Source: an uncultured Bacteroidales bacterium (GTDB taxonomy: Bacteria > Bacteroidota > Bacteroidia > Bacteroidales > UBA12077). Taken from it: 57,127 nt of DNA. Within the stretch, counting starts at the first letter, position 1, and each line of letters starts with the position of its first letter. The notes beneath the pieces were generated by a model. It worked only from the letters and a program-made list of their open reading frames with translations, searched no databases and was not told the DNA's origin. Where the stretch lies: assembly GCA_964461045.1 (NCBI GenBank), contig CAYWSJ010000005.1:1-57127 (forward strand). Direction: 5' to 3'. The translations under genes and the position numbers were made by a program. Of this stretch, positions 47,733-57,127 are shown one piece after another.

Positions 47733-48800
47733 TTATATTTTACGAAAAAAATACAATCTTGTTTCTTTCAGATCTTCCATATTTAATAGTTTTTTACTAT
47801 TTATTTCCGGAGCTTTAATACCTTCTGTGAAAATTTTCTTCCCAATAAATACTCTTGCTTCATCCCAAAGGTTTTTGTCTATAAATTTTTGCAGGGTTTG
47901 TCGTCCACCTTCTATAATAAGAGAATTGATTTTTTTGTCCCTTATAATTTCTAAAATTTGTTCTTCGGTATCCTGGCCAAAATCCATATCAATGAATTCT
48001 TTGTTTCTATCTTTTTTTTGGCTGGTTTTGTCTGTTTTCTGGCTTTCCCTGAAAACAGTCAGAGGGAATTCATCATTTATTAATCTTAAAGAAACCGGAG
48101 GATTTAAATCTTCATAAATTAGAAACCTTGTTGGATTCTTACCTTTCCATTCTCTGGAAGTTAGTTGCGGATTGTCCATTACAGCTGTGTTTTTACCTAC
48201 AAGTATGCCTGCTTCCTCTGTTCTCCACTTATGTACAAGTTGTTTTGAAAGTTGATTTGTAATCCAGTTTGGTTGAATGGGATCGTCTGCATTTCTTTTT
48301 TTATCAATAAAACCATCAATTGTTTGTGCCCATTTTAATATAAGGTAAGGGCGTTTTCTTTCAAAAAAAGTAAAGAATCTGCGGTTTATTTCTCTGCACT
48401 GCTCTTCCAAAACTCCAACCTTTACCTTGCACTTTCCTTCTTTAAGAATTGATATTCCTTTCCCTGAGACTTTTGAAGAAGTATCCTTGGTGCCAATCAC
48501 AACTTCCGGAATTCCTTCCTTAACAATTCTATCTGCACATGGTGGTGTATTGCCATAATGAGAGCAAGGTTCTAAATTTACATACAAGGTTGATTTTTTT
48601 AGAAGGCTTTTGTCCCGGACTGATTCAATGGCATTTACCTCGGCATGAGATTTCCCGTATTCTTTATGGTATCCTTCTCCTATAATTTTGTTGTTGTAAA
48701 CGATAACAGAACCTACAAGTGGATTTGGCGAGGTGTTCCCCAAACCCTGGAGGGCAAGTTCATTACATCGTTTTATATATTTTTCATCTTCTGATAACAT
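47733..48800 (-). CDS. ribD: Riboflavin biosynthesis deaminase/reductase RibD
   Basis: TSPNPLVG, HAEVNAI, LEPCSHYGNTPPC, KWAQTIDG, IIEGG. Confidence 0.97.
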   Translation of the reverse strand: MLSEDEKYIKRCNELALQGLGNTSPNPLVGSVIVYNNKIIGEGYHKEYGKSHAEVNAIESVRDKSLLKKSTLYVNLEPCSHYGNTPPCADRIVKEGIPEVVIGTKDTSSKVSGKGISILKEGKCKVKVGVLEEQCREINRRFFTFFERKRPYLILKWAQTIDGFIDKKRNADDPIQPNWITNQLSKQLVHKWRTEEAGILVGKNTAVMDNPQLTSREWKGKNPTRFLIYEDLNPPVSLRLINDEFPLTVFRESQKTDKTSQKKDRNKEFIDMDFGQDTEEQILEIIRDKKINSLIIEGGRQTLQKFIDKNLWDEARVFIGKKIFTEGIKAPEINSKKLLNMEDLKETRLYFFRKI

Positions 48801-48832
48801 TTTTTAACTGGCAATTTTATATTTTTGATTTC

Positions 48833-49690
48833 ATGAACCATCAAATGCGCTTAGTTGACCTGACAAAATGGATAAAAAGCGAATTAAACTCATTTTATCC
48901 TGAACGTGAAATCGATAGTTTCATTCAAATTATCTATGAATATACAATAAATTTAGAAAAAACACAGATTTTGATTAGTGGAAATTTAAAATTGAATGAG
49001 GAGAAAATAAAAAAAATTAAAGATATTGTACATAGACTAAAGAAATACGAACCAATACAATATATAACAGGAGAGACTTTTTTTTATGATTGCAAAATAA
49101 AAGTGGATGAACATGTTTTGATTCCGCGACAGGAAACCGAAGAACTTGTTGACTGGATTATAAAAGACAATGAGTTAGAGAACCCTAAGATTCTTGATAT
49201 CGGAACAGGAAGCGGTTGTATTGCAATAGCACTTGCCAGAAATATACCTGGAGCAAAAGTTTTTGCCAGCGATTATTCAACAAATATTCTGGAACGGGCA
49301 AAGAAAAATTCAGAGTTAAATGGTACCAGGGTGTTCTTTTTTAAACATGATCTCTCAAAGTCGTTAAAATTTGAATATGGAAATTTTGATGTTATCGTAA
49401 GTAATCCTCCTTATGTATTAAATAAAGAAAAAGATATAATACCGGAAAATGTAATAAATTTTGAGCCTGGGCGTGCATTGTTTGTTAATGATCAGGATCC
49501 TTTATATTTTTATAAAAGAATTAGTGAACTTACATTATATTCTCTAAAAAAAAGCGGCAAATTATTTTTTGAGATTAATGAAAAAAAAGGAGAGGAAATT
49601 ATTGAATTGCTTTTTAGTAAAGGGTTTAAAGATATAGTTCTTAAAAAGGATATAAATGAAAAAGACCGGTTTGTAAAAGCGACTTTATGA
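48833..49690 (+). CDS. prmC: Release factor glutamine methyltransferase PrmC/HemK
   Basis: EPIQYI, LIPRQETEEL, LDIGTGSGCIA, VSNPPY; likely start 48833 (ORF-track start overlaps divergent ribD). Confidence 0.95.
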   Translation: MNHQMRLVDLTKWIKSELNSFYPEREIDSFIQIIYEYTINLEKTQILISGNLKLNEEKIKKIKDIVHRLKKYEPIQYITGETFFYDCKIKVDEHVLIPRQETEELVDWIIKDNELENPKILDIGTGSGCIAIALARNIPGAKVFASDYSTNILERAKKNSELNGTRVFFFKHDLSKSLKFEYGNFDVIVSNPPYVLNKEKDIIPENVINFEPGRALFVNDQDPLYFYKRISELTLYSLKKSGKLFFEINEKKGEEIIELLFSKGFKDIVLKKDINEKDRFVKATL

Positions 49691-50166
49691 ATGAAGAAGA
49701 AAAACAAAAGATAATCCAAAGGCTTTCCAGAATTTGTATGAGAGGTGAGAAATGTGAGCAGGATATAAAGAAAAAACTGGTAAACTGGAAAGTGCCTGGC
49801 CAGGATCATAATGATATAATTGATTTTCTTAAGAAAGAAGATTTTATCGATCATAGCAGATATTCTAATGCTTTTGTGAATGATAAAATAAAATTTTATC
49901 ACTGGGGGAGGCAAAAAATAAGGGCGTATTTAAAAAATAAAGAAATAGAAGAAGAAAATATTGAAGCCTCACTGAATAAAATTTCACAGAAATTCTACGA
50001 TGAAACGCTAAAAAAAGAGTTAGCTAAGAAAAAAGAAAAGTTGCCGGAGTTGCCTGACAGAGAGACAAAAAGAAGGCTTGTGAATTATTTAGTACAAAAA
50101 GGTTTTGAATATGGCAAGGTTTTTGAATTTGTTGAAAGCGAAATGAAAAATGATAATGCCAATTAA
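49687..50166 (+). CDS. recX: Regulatory protein RecX
   Basis: EKCEQDIKKKL, FIDHSRYSNAFVNDK, WGRQKI, YLVQKGFE; overlaps the prmC stop (ATGA). Confidence 0.9.
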   Translation: MNEEEKQKIIQRLSRICMRGEKCEQDIKKKLVNWKVPGQDHNDIIDFLKKEDFIDHSRYSNAFVNDKIKFYHWGRQKIRAYLKNKEIEEENIEASLNKISQKFYDETLKKELAKKKEKLPELPDRETKRRLVNYLVQKGFEYGKVFEFVESEMKNDNAN

Positions 50167-50227
50167 AAATATTTGGATAATAAATAATTTAATAATTATC
50201 TTTACGATAAATCAAAAAAAGTTGAAT

Positions 50228-51622
50228 ATGAAAATCTGTAAACATTTTTCTGGAGTTCTTGCGTTAGTTTTTCTGCTTACTTTATGTTCCTGCTCTTCGA
50301 CACAATTGTCAGCCGGAGGGAAGAAAAAACCCAAATGGGTTAGAGAACGACCTGTAAGTAATGAATATTATATTGGTATTGGAATGGCCAATAAATCGGG
50401 AGATAATTATATTAAGGTTGCTAAAGATAATGCACTTACTGATCTTATTTCGGAAATTTCAGTAAAAATATCCAGCAATTCAGTTCTTCGTCAGTTTGAG
50501 AATAATGTGGAATTCAGAGAAGAGTTTGAATCTTATACAAAAACTAAGGTTAAGGACGAAATTGAAGATTTTGAGCATGTGGATTCTTATGAAGGTAAAG
50601 ATAATTATTGGGTATACTATCGATTGTCAAAAGAAAAGTATGCAAGAATGAAGAGAGAAAAGCTGGAAAAAGCTAAGAATCTTGCAAAGGATTTCTATGA
50701 AAAGGCTAAAAAAGCGGAAGAAAAACTGGATCTTCATAATGCCCTGAACTACTATGTGAAAAGTTTTGAAGCCGTTAAAAAACACCTGGATGAAGATTTG
50801 TCGGTATTTACACTTGAAGGAAGAATTAACCTTGGGAATGCCATTTATCAGAATATTCAGGAAATTTTTAGTTCCATAAATATTGAGCCAGGACAAGAAC
50901 TTTATGAAATAAAAGCCCTGTCTTCTAATACAACACCTGTAAAAGCTTTCGTCACATACCAAAAAGATGGTAGCCAGCAACCCGTTAATAATTTACCTGT
51001 TGTTTTTTCTTTTCCTGAATTGGATATTGATAAAACAGAAAGTGTGAATTCTAACGCAGCAGGTGAATTGGTTTGCAGCATTGCTGAGATGGCTCCAAAA
51101 GGAGAAAGACAAAAGATTAAGGCTACATTAAATACAGAAGTTTATTTTGGAGAAGAGAAAAGAACCCTTCTGAAAGAAATGTTTAAGAATGTAAGCAATG
51201 TTCCACACGGATATATTGTTGTTAATGTTAGTGATCTAAAAGCTTATTTTGAGGCAAGTGAAACACAGTTTGGCAAAAATATGCCTTCAAAACCGATAGC
51301 TAAATTATTTAAAAAAGAGTTATCAGAGGATTTCTTCTCATTTGTTGATGAGAAAGACAATGCTGATGTGCATATTAAGGTGGATGCCAATATCATAAAA
51401 GGGAAAAAGATGGATCGTTTTAATTTGCATACGGCTTACGCCAATTGTAATATTAGCCTGACAAACGCAAAAACAAATGCTGAAATATATAGTACAGGCC
51501 TGAATAACATAAAAGGAATGAAAACAGGTAGTTTCAGTATGGCAGCGCAGGATGCAAGAAAAAAAGTTGAGGAACAAATAAGAAACCAAATAATACCAGA
51601 TATTCGTAAGATAAATTTTTAA
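50228..51622 (+). CDS. LPP20-family lipoprotein with extended C-terminal region
   Basis: Start MKICK (50228), lipobox LCSC; KPKWV...YYIGIG...AKDNALTDLISEI.V.I pattern. Confidence 0.72.
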   Translation: MKICKHFSGVLALVFLLTLCSCSSTQLSAGGKKKPKWVRERPVSNEYYIGIGMANKSGDNYIKVAKDNALTDLISEISVKISSNSVLRQFENNVEFREEFESYTKTKVKDEIEDFEHVDSYEGKDNYWVYYRLSKEKYARMKREKLEKAKNLAKDFYEKAKKAEEKLDLHNALNYYVKSFEAVKKHLDEDLSVFTLEGRINLGNAIYQNIQEIFSSINIEPGQELYEIKALSSNTTPVKAFVTYQKDGSQQPVNNLPVVFSFPELDIDKTESVNSNAAGELVCSIAEMAPKGERQKIKATLNTEVYFGEEKRTLLKEMFKNVSNVPHGYIVVNVSDLKAYFEASETQFGKNMPSKPIAKLFKKELSEDFFSFVDEKDNADVHIKVDANIIKGKKMDRFNLHTAYANCNISLTNAKTNAEIYSTGLNNIKGMKTGSFSMAAQDARKKVEEQIRNQIIPDIRKINF

Positions 51623-51641
51623 CCTTTAAACAACATCAATT

Positions 51642-52235
51642 ATGAAAACTAAAGTTTACAAAACATTAAATTATTTAGTAGTAGGAGCCTTTATCCTGGG
51701 CATAGGATTAACTGGCTGTAAATCGAAAAAAGAAGCAGCAAAAAATGTTTCTGCACAGGAAGAGGAATTAATAACTTACTACTGTTCAGGACCCGAATAC
51801 AGAACTGATAAAAAGAATTTCAGGGCAAATGCCATTGGTGAAAGTCGAGATCAGATGGTTGCCAGAAAGAAAGCTATGAGTAATGCAAAAGCTGCACTGG
51901 CTGGTCAGATTGAGACTGTTATCAAAGGAGCAACTGATAACTATGTGAATTCAAGAGAATTTAATAACGTAGAAGAAGTGGAAGAAAGATTTGAGTCACT
52001 TAATCGAGAAGTTATTAATCAACAACTCAATAATGTAAAAACAATTTGCCAAAAGCATACACGTACTAAAGGTGGTAAATTTAAAACCTATGTTGCCATT
52101 GAAATGGGTGTGGATGCACTTGAAAATGCTTTAGATGAAAGACTTTCAAAAGACAAGAGACTTCGTGTAGACTATGACTATGAGAAGTACAAAGAAACTT
52201 TTGAAAAAGAAATGGAAAAAATGGAAAATCAATAA
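51642..52235 (+). CDS. LPP20-family lipoprotein
   Basis: Lipobox LTGC; FRANAIGES...ARKKAMSNAKAALAGQIET pattern. Confidence 0.75.
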   Translation: MKTKVYKTLNYLVVGAFILGIGLTGCKSKKEAAKNVSAQEEELITYYCSGPEYRTDKKNFRANAIGESRDQMVARKKAMSNAKAALAGQIETVIKGATDNYVNSREFNNVEEVEERFESLNREVINQQLNNVKTICQKHTRTKGGKFKTYVAIEMGVDALENALDERLSKDKRLRVDYDYEKYKETFEKEMEKMENQ

Positions 52236-52267
52236 TTCATAGTAGATTAATTAGATTTTTTAATAGG

Positions 52268-52295
52268 AGGGGCTTTTTAATAAGTCCCTTTTTTT
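52268..52295 (+). terminator. Probable rho-independent terminator
   Basis: AGGGGCTT-loop-AAGTCCCT plus T run after the LPP20 pair. Confidence 0.6.
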
Positions 52296-52318
52296 ATGCC
52301 GTTTTTTATTTTATTTTA

Positions 52319-52326
52319 TAGCTTTG
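52319..52326 (+). promoter_or_regulatory. Candidate -7 promoter element (TAGCTTTG) for prfB
   Basis: TAnnTTTG 19 nt upstream of ATG 52346. Confidence 0.5.
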
Positions 52327-52345
52327 TTTCAAAAACAATAAAAAA

Positions 52346-53435
52346 ATGATTATATCAGAAGAAATACAAGAGTTGGAAAAGCGCAAGAATGCGCTGAGGA
52401 GGCATCTTTGACGTCGATAATAAGAAAATCCGAATAGAAGAAGAAGAAGAAAAAACCCAGGCACCTGATTTTTGGGATGATCCGCAGAAAGCAGAAAAGC
52501 AACTCAAGAAAATTTCTGCCTTAAAACAATGGACAAAAGCATATGAGGAAATTGAAACAGCATTTGAAGAGCTGAATATTTATAAAGAGTTTCTGGAAGA
52601 GGGTGAAATTGATGAGGAGGATCTTAAGCAGAAGGTGAAGCAGGTACAGAGACTTATCGAAAAACTGGAGCTTAAAAACATGCTGGGAAAGGAAGAAGAT
52701 GCATGCGGAGCTTATTTGCAAATTAATCCTGGAGCCGGTGGAACAGAAAGTCATGATTGGGCAGAGATGCTTATGAGAATGTATATTCGATGGGGAGAAA
52801 GGAATAATTATAAGGTAAAGGAAATATACCACCAGCCTGGAGATGAGGCCGGAATAAAATCGGTCACCCTTGAGTTTGAAGGAGACTATGCTTATGGATA
52901 TTTAAAAAGTGAAAATGGCGTCCACCGATTGGTAAGAATTTCACCTTTTGACTCCAACAACAGAAGACATACTTCTTTTGCGTCAGTATTTGTTTCCCCG
53001 GTCATTGATGATAACATAGAAATTGATATTAATCCGGGTGACATTGAGTGGGAAACTTTTCGTTCCAGTGGTGCTGGCGGACAGCATGTGAATAAAGTGG
53101 AGACAGCTGTTCGTTTAAAACATACCCCTACGGGAATAACTATTGAAAACCAGGAAACACGTTCACAGAATAAGAACAAAGAAAAAGCCATGAGAATGCT
53201 GCGTTCGCAATTATACGAGATTGAAATGCAGAAAAGAATGGAGGAAAAAGATAAAATTGAAGAGAATAAAAAGAAAATTGAATGGGGCTCGCAGATTCGA
53301 AGTTATATTCTCCACCCTTATAAAATGATTAAGGATTTACGAACCAATACAGAAACCTCTAATGTCCAGGATGTCCTTGATGGAGAACTGGATGCTTTTA
53401 TTAAGAATTATTTGATGGAGTATGGTGGAAACTAA
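52346..53435 (+). CDS. prfB: Peptide chain release factor 2, with programmed +1 frameshift
   Basis: Frame 1: [21 protein letters not shown] (52346-52411); frame 2 continues DVDNKK...PDFWDDP...ISPFD (SPF)...GAGGQHVNK (GGQ)...IRSYILHPY to 53435. Confidence 0.98.
52397..52412 (+). promoter_or_regulatory. RF2 autoregulatory frameshift site AGGAGG-CAT-CTT-TGA-C
   Basis: SD-like AGGAGG 52397-52402, slippery CTT 52406-52408, TGA 52409-52411, C 52412. Confidence 0.97.
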
Positions 53436-53580
53436 AAAAGAACTTATGAAAATATCATTTGTTACATACAGAAAATGACTATGAATAAACAATGAGAATT
53501 CCTTGATATTAAAATTCTGACAGAACACGATTGATATAAATATATTAGTAAAAACCAAACCGTTAAATAAATTTATCCAA

Positions 53581-53922
53581 ATGAATATTTACCACAATCC
53601 AAGATGTAAAAAAAGCAGGGCTGGTTTACAGTACCTTGAAGAAAAGGGTTATTCACCTACGGTGATAAAATATTTGAAAGACCAGCCTTTTACAGAGGGA
53701 AGCCTGAAAAAAATCCTCATGAAGCTTAATAAAAAACCTGCAGAAATTATTAGAACGCAGGAGAAAGTTTACAAAGAGCAATTTAAGGGTAAAAAGTTTA
53801 ATGATGATGAATGGGTGAAAATACTGGTAGAAAACCCGAAACTTATACAACGGCCGATTATAGAGACGAAGCATAAAGCAGTCATCGGAGATCCTCCTGA
53901 AAATATTGAAGAATTGCTTTAA
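53581..53922 (+). CDS. ArsC/Spx/MgsR family protein
   Basis: YHNPRCKKSR, LIQRPII. Confidence 0.9.
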   Translation: MNIYHNPRCKKSRAGLQYLEEKGYSPTVIKYLKDQPFTEGSLKKILMKLNKKPAEIIRTQEKVYKEQFKGKKFNDDEWVKILVENPKLIQRPIIETKHKAVIGDPPENIEELL

Positions 53923-54017
53923 ATTTTGTATCTTTTGAATCCTAATGTCAAATGATCCATAAATCGTTTGATTTTATATTGTTGCTCATTAATTTTTAAC
54001 CCTAAAATTATTGTCTT

Positions 54018-55634
54018 ATGTCAACTCCTGAATTTAAGTACTATGATCCTTACCCTGTAGGGAAAGATAACACAGAATACTATTTACTAACAAAAGATCA
54101 TGTCTCTGTTGCTCAGTTTGAAGGAGAGGATATCCTGAAAGTTGATAAAGAAGGTCTTACCAAACTTGCTAATGCAGCCTTTTATGATACTTCTTTTATG
54201 CTGCGAACGGAGCATCTAAAACAGGTTGCTGCCATACTGGATGATGATGAAGCCAGTGAAAATGATAAATATGTGGCTTTAACCATGCTCAGAAATGCAG
54301 AGGTTTCCTCAAAAGGTGTGCTTCCGTTCTGCCAGGACACCGGTACTGCTACTATCTTTGCCAAAAAAGGCCAGAAAGTTTGGACTGGTGGAGGGGATCA
54401 AGAAGCTCTTTCAAAAGGTGTTTATAAAACTTATACTGAAGAAAATTTGAGATATTCTCAGACGATTCCCCTGGATATGTATACAGAGAAGAACTCAGGA
54501 ACTAATTTGCCGGCACAGATTGATATACATGCCACGGATGGCGATGAATATAATTTTCTTTTTGTGGCTAAAGGTGGAGGTTCTGCCAATAAAACGGCTC
54601 TTTATCAGCAAACCAAAGCCCTGTTGAATCCTGACAAACTTGAAAAATTTCTTGTGGAAAAACTTAAATCCTTAGGAACTGCCGCGTGTCCACCCTACCA
54701 TGTAGCTTTTGTAATTGGAGGTACCTCTGCTGAAGCCAATCTTAAAACAGTAAAGCTGGCATCAACAAAATATTATGATAATTTACCAACTAAAGGAAAT
54801 GAAGGAGGACAGGCTTTCCGTGACATTGAACTTGAAAATAAAGTTTTAAAAGCTGCTTATAATCTAGGTATTGGTGCTCAGTTTGGAGGAAAATATTTTG
54901 CCCTGGATATCCGTATTGTCAGGTTACCACGACATGGAGCTTCCTGCCCGGTTGGAATGGGTGTTTCGTGTTCTGCCGATCGAAATATAAAAGCAAAAAT
55001 TAATAAAGATGGGATATGGGTCGAAAAACTGGAGAAAAATCCGGGGAGACTGATACCTGAAACATACAGGAAAAAAGAAGAGGATGGTGCCGTTAAAATT
55101 GATCTCGACAAGCCAATGAAGGAGGTACTGACTGAGCTTTCTAAACATCCGGTCGGAACCAGACTTTCTCTTAATGGAACTATTATTGTCGGACGTGATA
55201 TCGCCCATGCAAAACTCAAGGAAAGACTGGATAATGGAGAAGATCTTCCGGATTATGTTAAAGAGCATCCTATTTATTATGCAGGTCCGGCAAAAAAACC
55301 GGAAGGAATGCCTTCCGGATCATTTGGTCCAACAACTGCAGGAAGAATGGATCCTTATGTGGAACCTTTCCAAAAAGCCGGAGGAAGTATGGTAATGATT
55401 GCTAAAGGAAACAGAAGTCAGCAAGTTACCGATGCATGCAATAAATATGGTGGATTCTATTTGGGTAGTATCGGAGGACCTGCTGCCATTCTTGCCCAGG
55501 AAAATATCAAAAATGTTGAATTGCTTGAATATCCTGAATTGGGCATGGAGGCTATTTGGAAAATTCAAGTGGAGGATTTTCCTGCCTTTATCCTTGTAGA
55601 TGATAAGGGGAATGATTTTTACAGCATGAAATAA
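54018..55634 (+). CDS. Class I (Fe-S) fumarate hydratase
   Basis: [59 protein letters not shown]. Confidence 0.97.
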   Translation: MSTPEFKYYDPYPVGKDNTEYYLLTKDHVSVAQFEGEDILKVDKEGLTKLANAAFYDTSFMLRTEHLKQVAAILDDDEASENDKYVALTMLRNAEVSSKGVLPFCQDTGTATIFAKKGQKVWTGGGDQEALSKGVYKTYTEENLRYSQTIPLDMYTEKNSGTNLPAQIDIHATDGDEYNFLFVAKGGGSANKTALYQQTKALLNPDKLEKFLVEKLKSLGTAACPPYHVAFVIGGTSAEANLKTVKLASTKYYDNLPTKGNEGGQAFRDIELENKVLKAAYNLGIGAQFGGKYFALDIRIVRLPRHGASCPVGMGVSCSADRNIKAKINKDGIWVEKLEKNPGRLIPETYRKKEEDGAVKIDLDKPMKEVLTELSKHPVGTRLSLNGTIIVGRDIAHAKLKERLDNGEDLPDYVKEHPIYYAGPAKKPEGMPSGSFGPTTAGRMDPYVEPFQKAGGSMVMIAKGNRSQQVTDACNKYGGFYLGSIGGPAAILAQENIKNVELLEYPELGMEAIWKIQVEDFPAFILVDDKGNDFYSMK

Positions 55635-55657
55635 GATATTCAATAATATTGAAATTT

Positions 55658-55693
55658 AGGGTCAGAATGTGTGAAAATATTCTGACCTTTTTT
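55658..55693 (+). terminator. Probable rho-independent terminator between the two fumarase genes
   Basis: AGGGTCAGAAT-10 nt-ATTCTGACCTT followed by a T run. Confidence 0.65.
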
Positions 55694-55767
55694 AATGGTT
55701 TACTTATCCATTAAAACCAAACTTTTTAAGTGAGTATTTGTTGTTATGATTAAAAACCCGATTACTT

Positions 55768-57127
55768 ATGGAATATAGGATTGAACATGATACCCTGGGC
55801 GAAATAAAGGTTCCTGCAGACAAATATTGGGGGGCACAAACTGAACGTTCAAGAAATAATTTTCAGATTGGGGCAGCTTCTTCAATGCCATTTGAAATAA
55901 TATACGCTTATGGATTACTTAAAAAAGCAGCAGCAATTGTAAATTATAAGCATGGCTTAATTTCAGAGGAAAAGAAGAACCTGATTATAAAGGTTTCTGA
56001 GGAAATTGAAAAAGGTAAATTGGATGAGCATTTTCCTCTTGTTATTTGGCAGACAGGTTCAGGAACCCACACCAATATGAATGTGAATGAAGTAATCTCT
56101 AACAGAGCCCAGGAATTGGCCGGGTTAAAAACAGGGGAAGAAAATAACTTACTACACCCAAATGATGATGTAAACAAATCTCAATCTTCTAATGATACTT
56201 TTCCTTCTGCTATGCATATTGCTGCTTATAGGCTTTTGATGGAAACTACTCTGCCTTCTCTGGAATTATTAAAAGAAGAATTAACCAAAAAAAGCAGGGA
56301 GTTTGCAAAAATAATTAAAACAGGCAGGACCCACATGATGGATGCTGTGCCGTTAACACTCGGGCAGGAGTTTTCTGGTTACTCTGAACAGATAAATTAT
56401 GGTATTAAAGCTTTGGAAAAGAATATGCCTCGTTTATCAGCGTTAACAATTGGTGGAACTGCTGTTGGTACAGGTTTAAATACTCCTGAAGGTTTTGATA
56501 AGGATATGGTAAAAGAAATTTCCAAGTTGTCGGGTTATTCCTTTAACGTAACAAGAAATAAACTTGAAGCGCAGGCAACACATGATGCATTAGTGGAAGC
56601 TCACGGAGCTTTAAAAAGCATTGCTGTTAGTTTGATGAAGATATCAAATGATATTCGTATGCTGGCATCAGGGCCGCGGGGTGGAATTGGTGAATTAATT
56701 TTACCAGCAAATGAGCCGGGGTCTTCAATAATGCCAGGCAAACTAAACCCCACACAAACCGAAGCGCTTTCAATGGTGGCAGCCCAGGTGATGGGAAATG
56801 ATGTTTCGGTAAATATAGGTGGGTCGAACGGGCACCTGGAATTAAATGCTTTTAAACCCTTGATTATTTCTAACTTCTTGGAGTCGGCCCGTCTTCTGGG
56901 AAATGCGACCAGGTCATTTGCCATAAATACAATAAGAGGTCTGAAACCCAATGAGGAAAAAATAAAAGAATATCTGAATAATTCTTTAATGTTGGTAACA
57001 GCATTGAATAAACATATTGGCTATAAAAAATCAGCTGAGATTGCCAAATATGCCTATGCTGAGAATAAAACCCTTCGTGAGGCTGCAATTGAAACAGGTT
57101 ATCTTACCCCGGAACAATTTGATGAAT
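55768..57127 (+). CDS. fumC: Class II fumarate hydratase, truncated by the window end
   Basis: Not in the ORF track. Hand translation: [28 protein letters not shown]...WQTGSGT...[17 protein letters not shown]...GRTHMMDA...[16 protein letters not shown]. Confidence 0.96.
   Translation, partial: MEYRIEHDTLGEIKVPADKYWGAQTERSRNNFQIGAASSMPFEIIYAYGLLKKAAAIVNYKHGLISEEKKNLIIKVSEEIEKGKLDEHFPLVIWQTGSGTHTNMNVNEVISNRAQELAGLKTGEENNLLHPNDDVNKSQSSNDTFPSAMHIAAYRLLMETTLPSLELLKEELTKKSREFAKIIKTGRTHMMDAVPLTLGQEFSGYSEQINYGIKALEKNMPRLSALTIGGTAVGTGLNTPEGFDKDMVKEISKLSGYSFNVTRNKLEAQATHDALVEAHGALKSIAVSLMKISNDIRMLASGPRGGIGELILPANEPGSSIMPGKLNPTQTEALSMVAAQVMGNDVSVNIGGSNGHLELNAFKPLIISNFLESARLLGNATRSFAINTIRGLKPNEEKIKEYLNNSLMLVTALNKHIGYKKSAEIAKYAYAENKTLREAAIETGYLTPEQFDE

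Noticed and set aside
48719-48832. 81-bp head-to-head overlap of prmC and ribD implied by the ORF track
   Set aside because: The upstream extension has no PrmC-like sequence; ATG 48833 (or 48845) removes the overlap.
52409-52411. prfB pseudogene or sequencing error
   Set aside because: The stop lies in the canonical CTT-TGA-C context with upstream SD, so it is programmed frameshifting.

Overview
AT-rich chromosomal window from a Bacteroidota bacterium, probably an anaerobic Bacteroidales/Marinilabiliales-like organism. This is inferred from TAnnTTTG promoters, signal peptides followed by Gln, T9SS and SusC/SusD genes. Left to right: a TetR-TolC-adaptor-AcrB RND efflux operon (AcrB cut by the window edge); a ~3,730-aa acidic surface adhesin with 26 tandem Ig/cadherin-like repeats and a T9SS type-B C-terminal domain, followed by PorP/SprF-family and PorE-like OmpA genes; a SusC/SusD/lipoprotein trio with no CAZymes; thyA-folA; a Thx-type 30S ribosomal peptide fused to a long Lys-rich histone-like tail; PhzF; a PFK with the PPi-type signature; DUF4190 and Cys-less DUF2752-like membrane proteins; purQ; an EEP hydrolase; an orphan holin-like gene; methylmalonyl-CoA mutase small and large subunits; a co-oriented run ribD > TPR/Ig/caspase lipoprotein > beta-propeller sensor-PP2C > DUF4105 (Lnb-like) > CxxC-less TlpA > lpxH > DgkA-family; prmC-recX; two LPP20 lipoproteins; prfB with an intact +1 programmed frameshift; ArsC-family; class I fumarase and fumC (cut by the window edge). 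No rRNA, tRNA, CRISPR, IS or prophage was recognisable. The best leads are the exported caspase-family lipoprotein beside a sensor-phosphatase, the Thx-histone-like fusion, and the higher-order repeat architecture and unknown tip domain of the adhesin. All family assignments come from motif recognition by eye, with no database searches.
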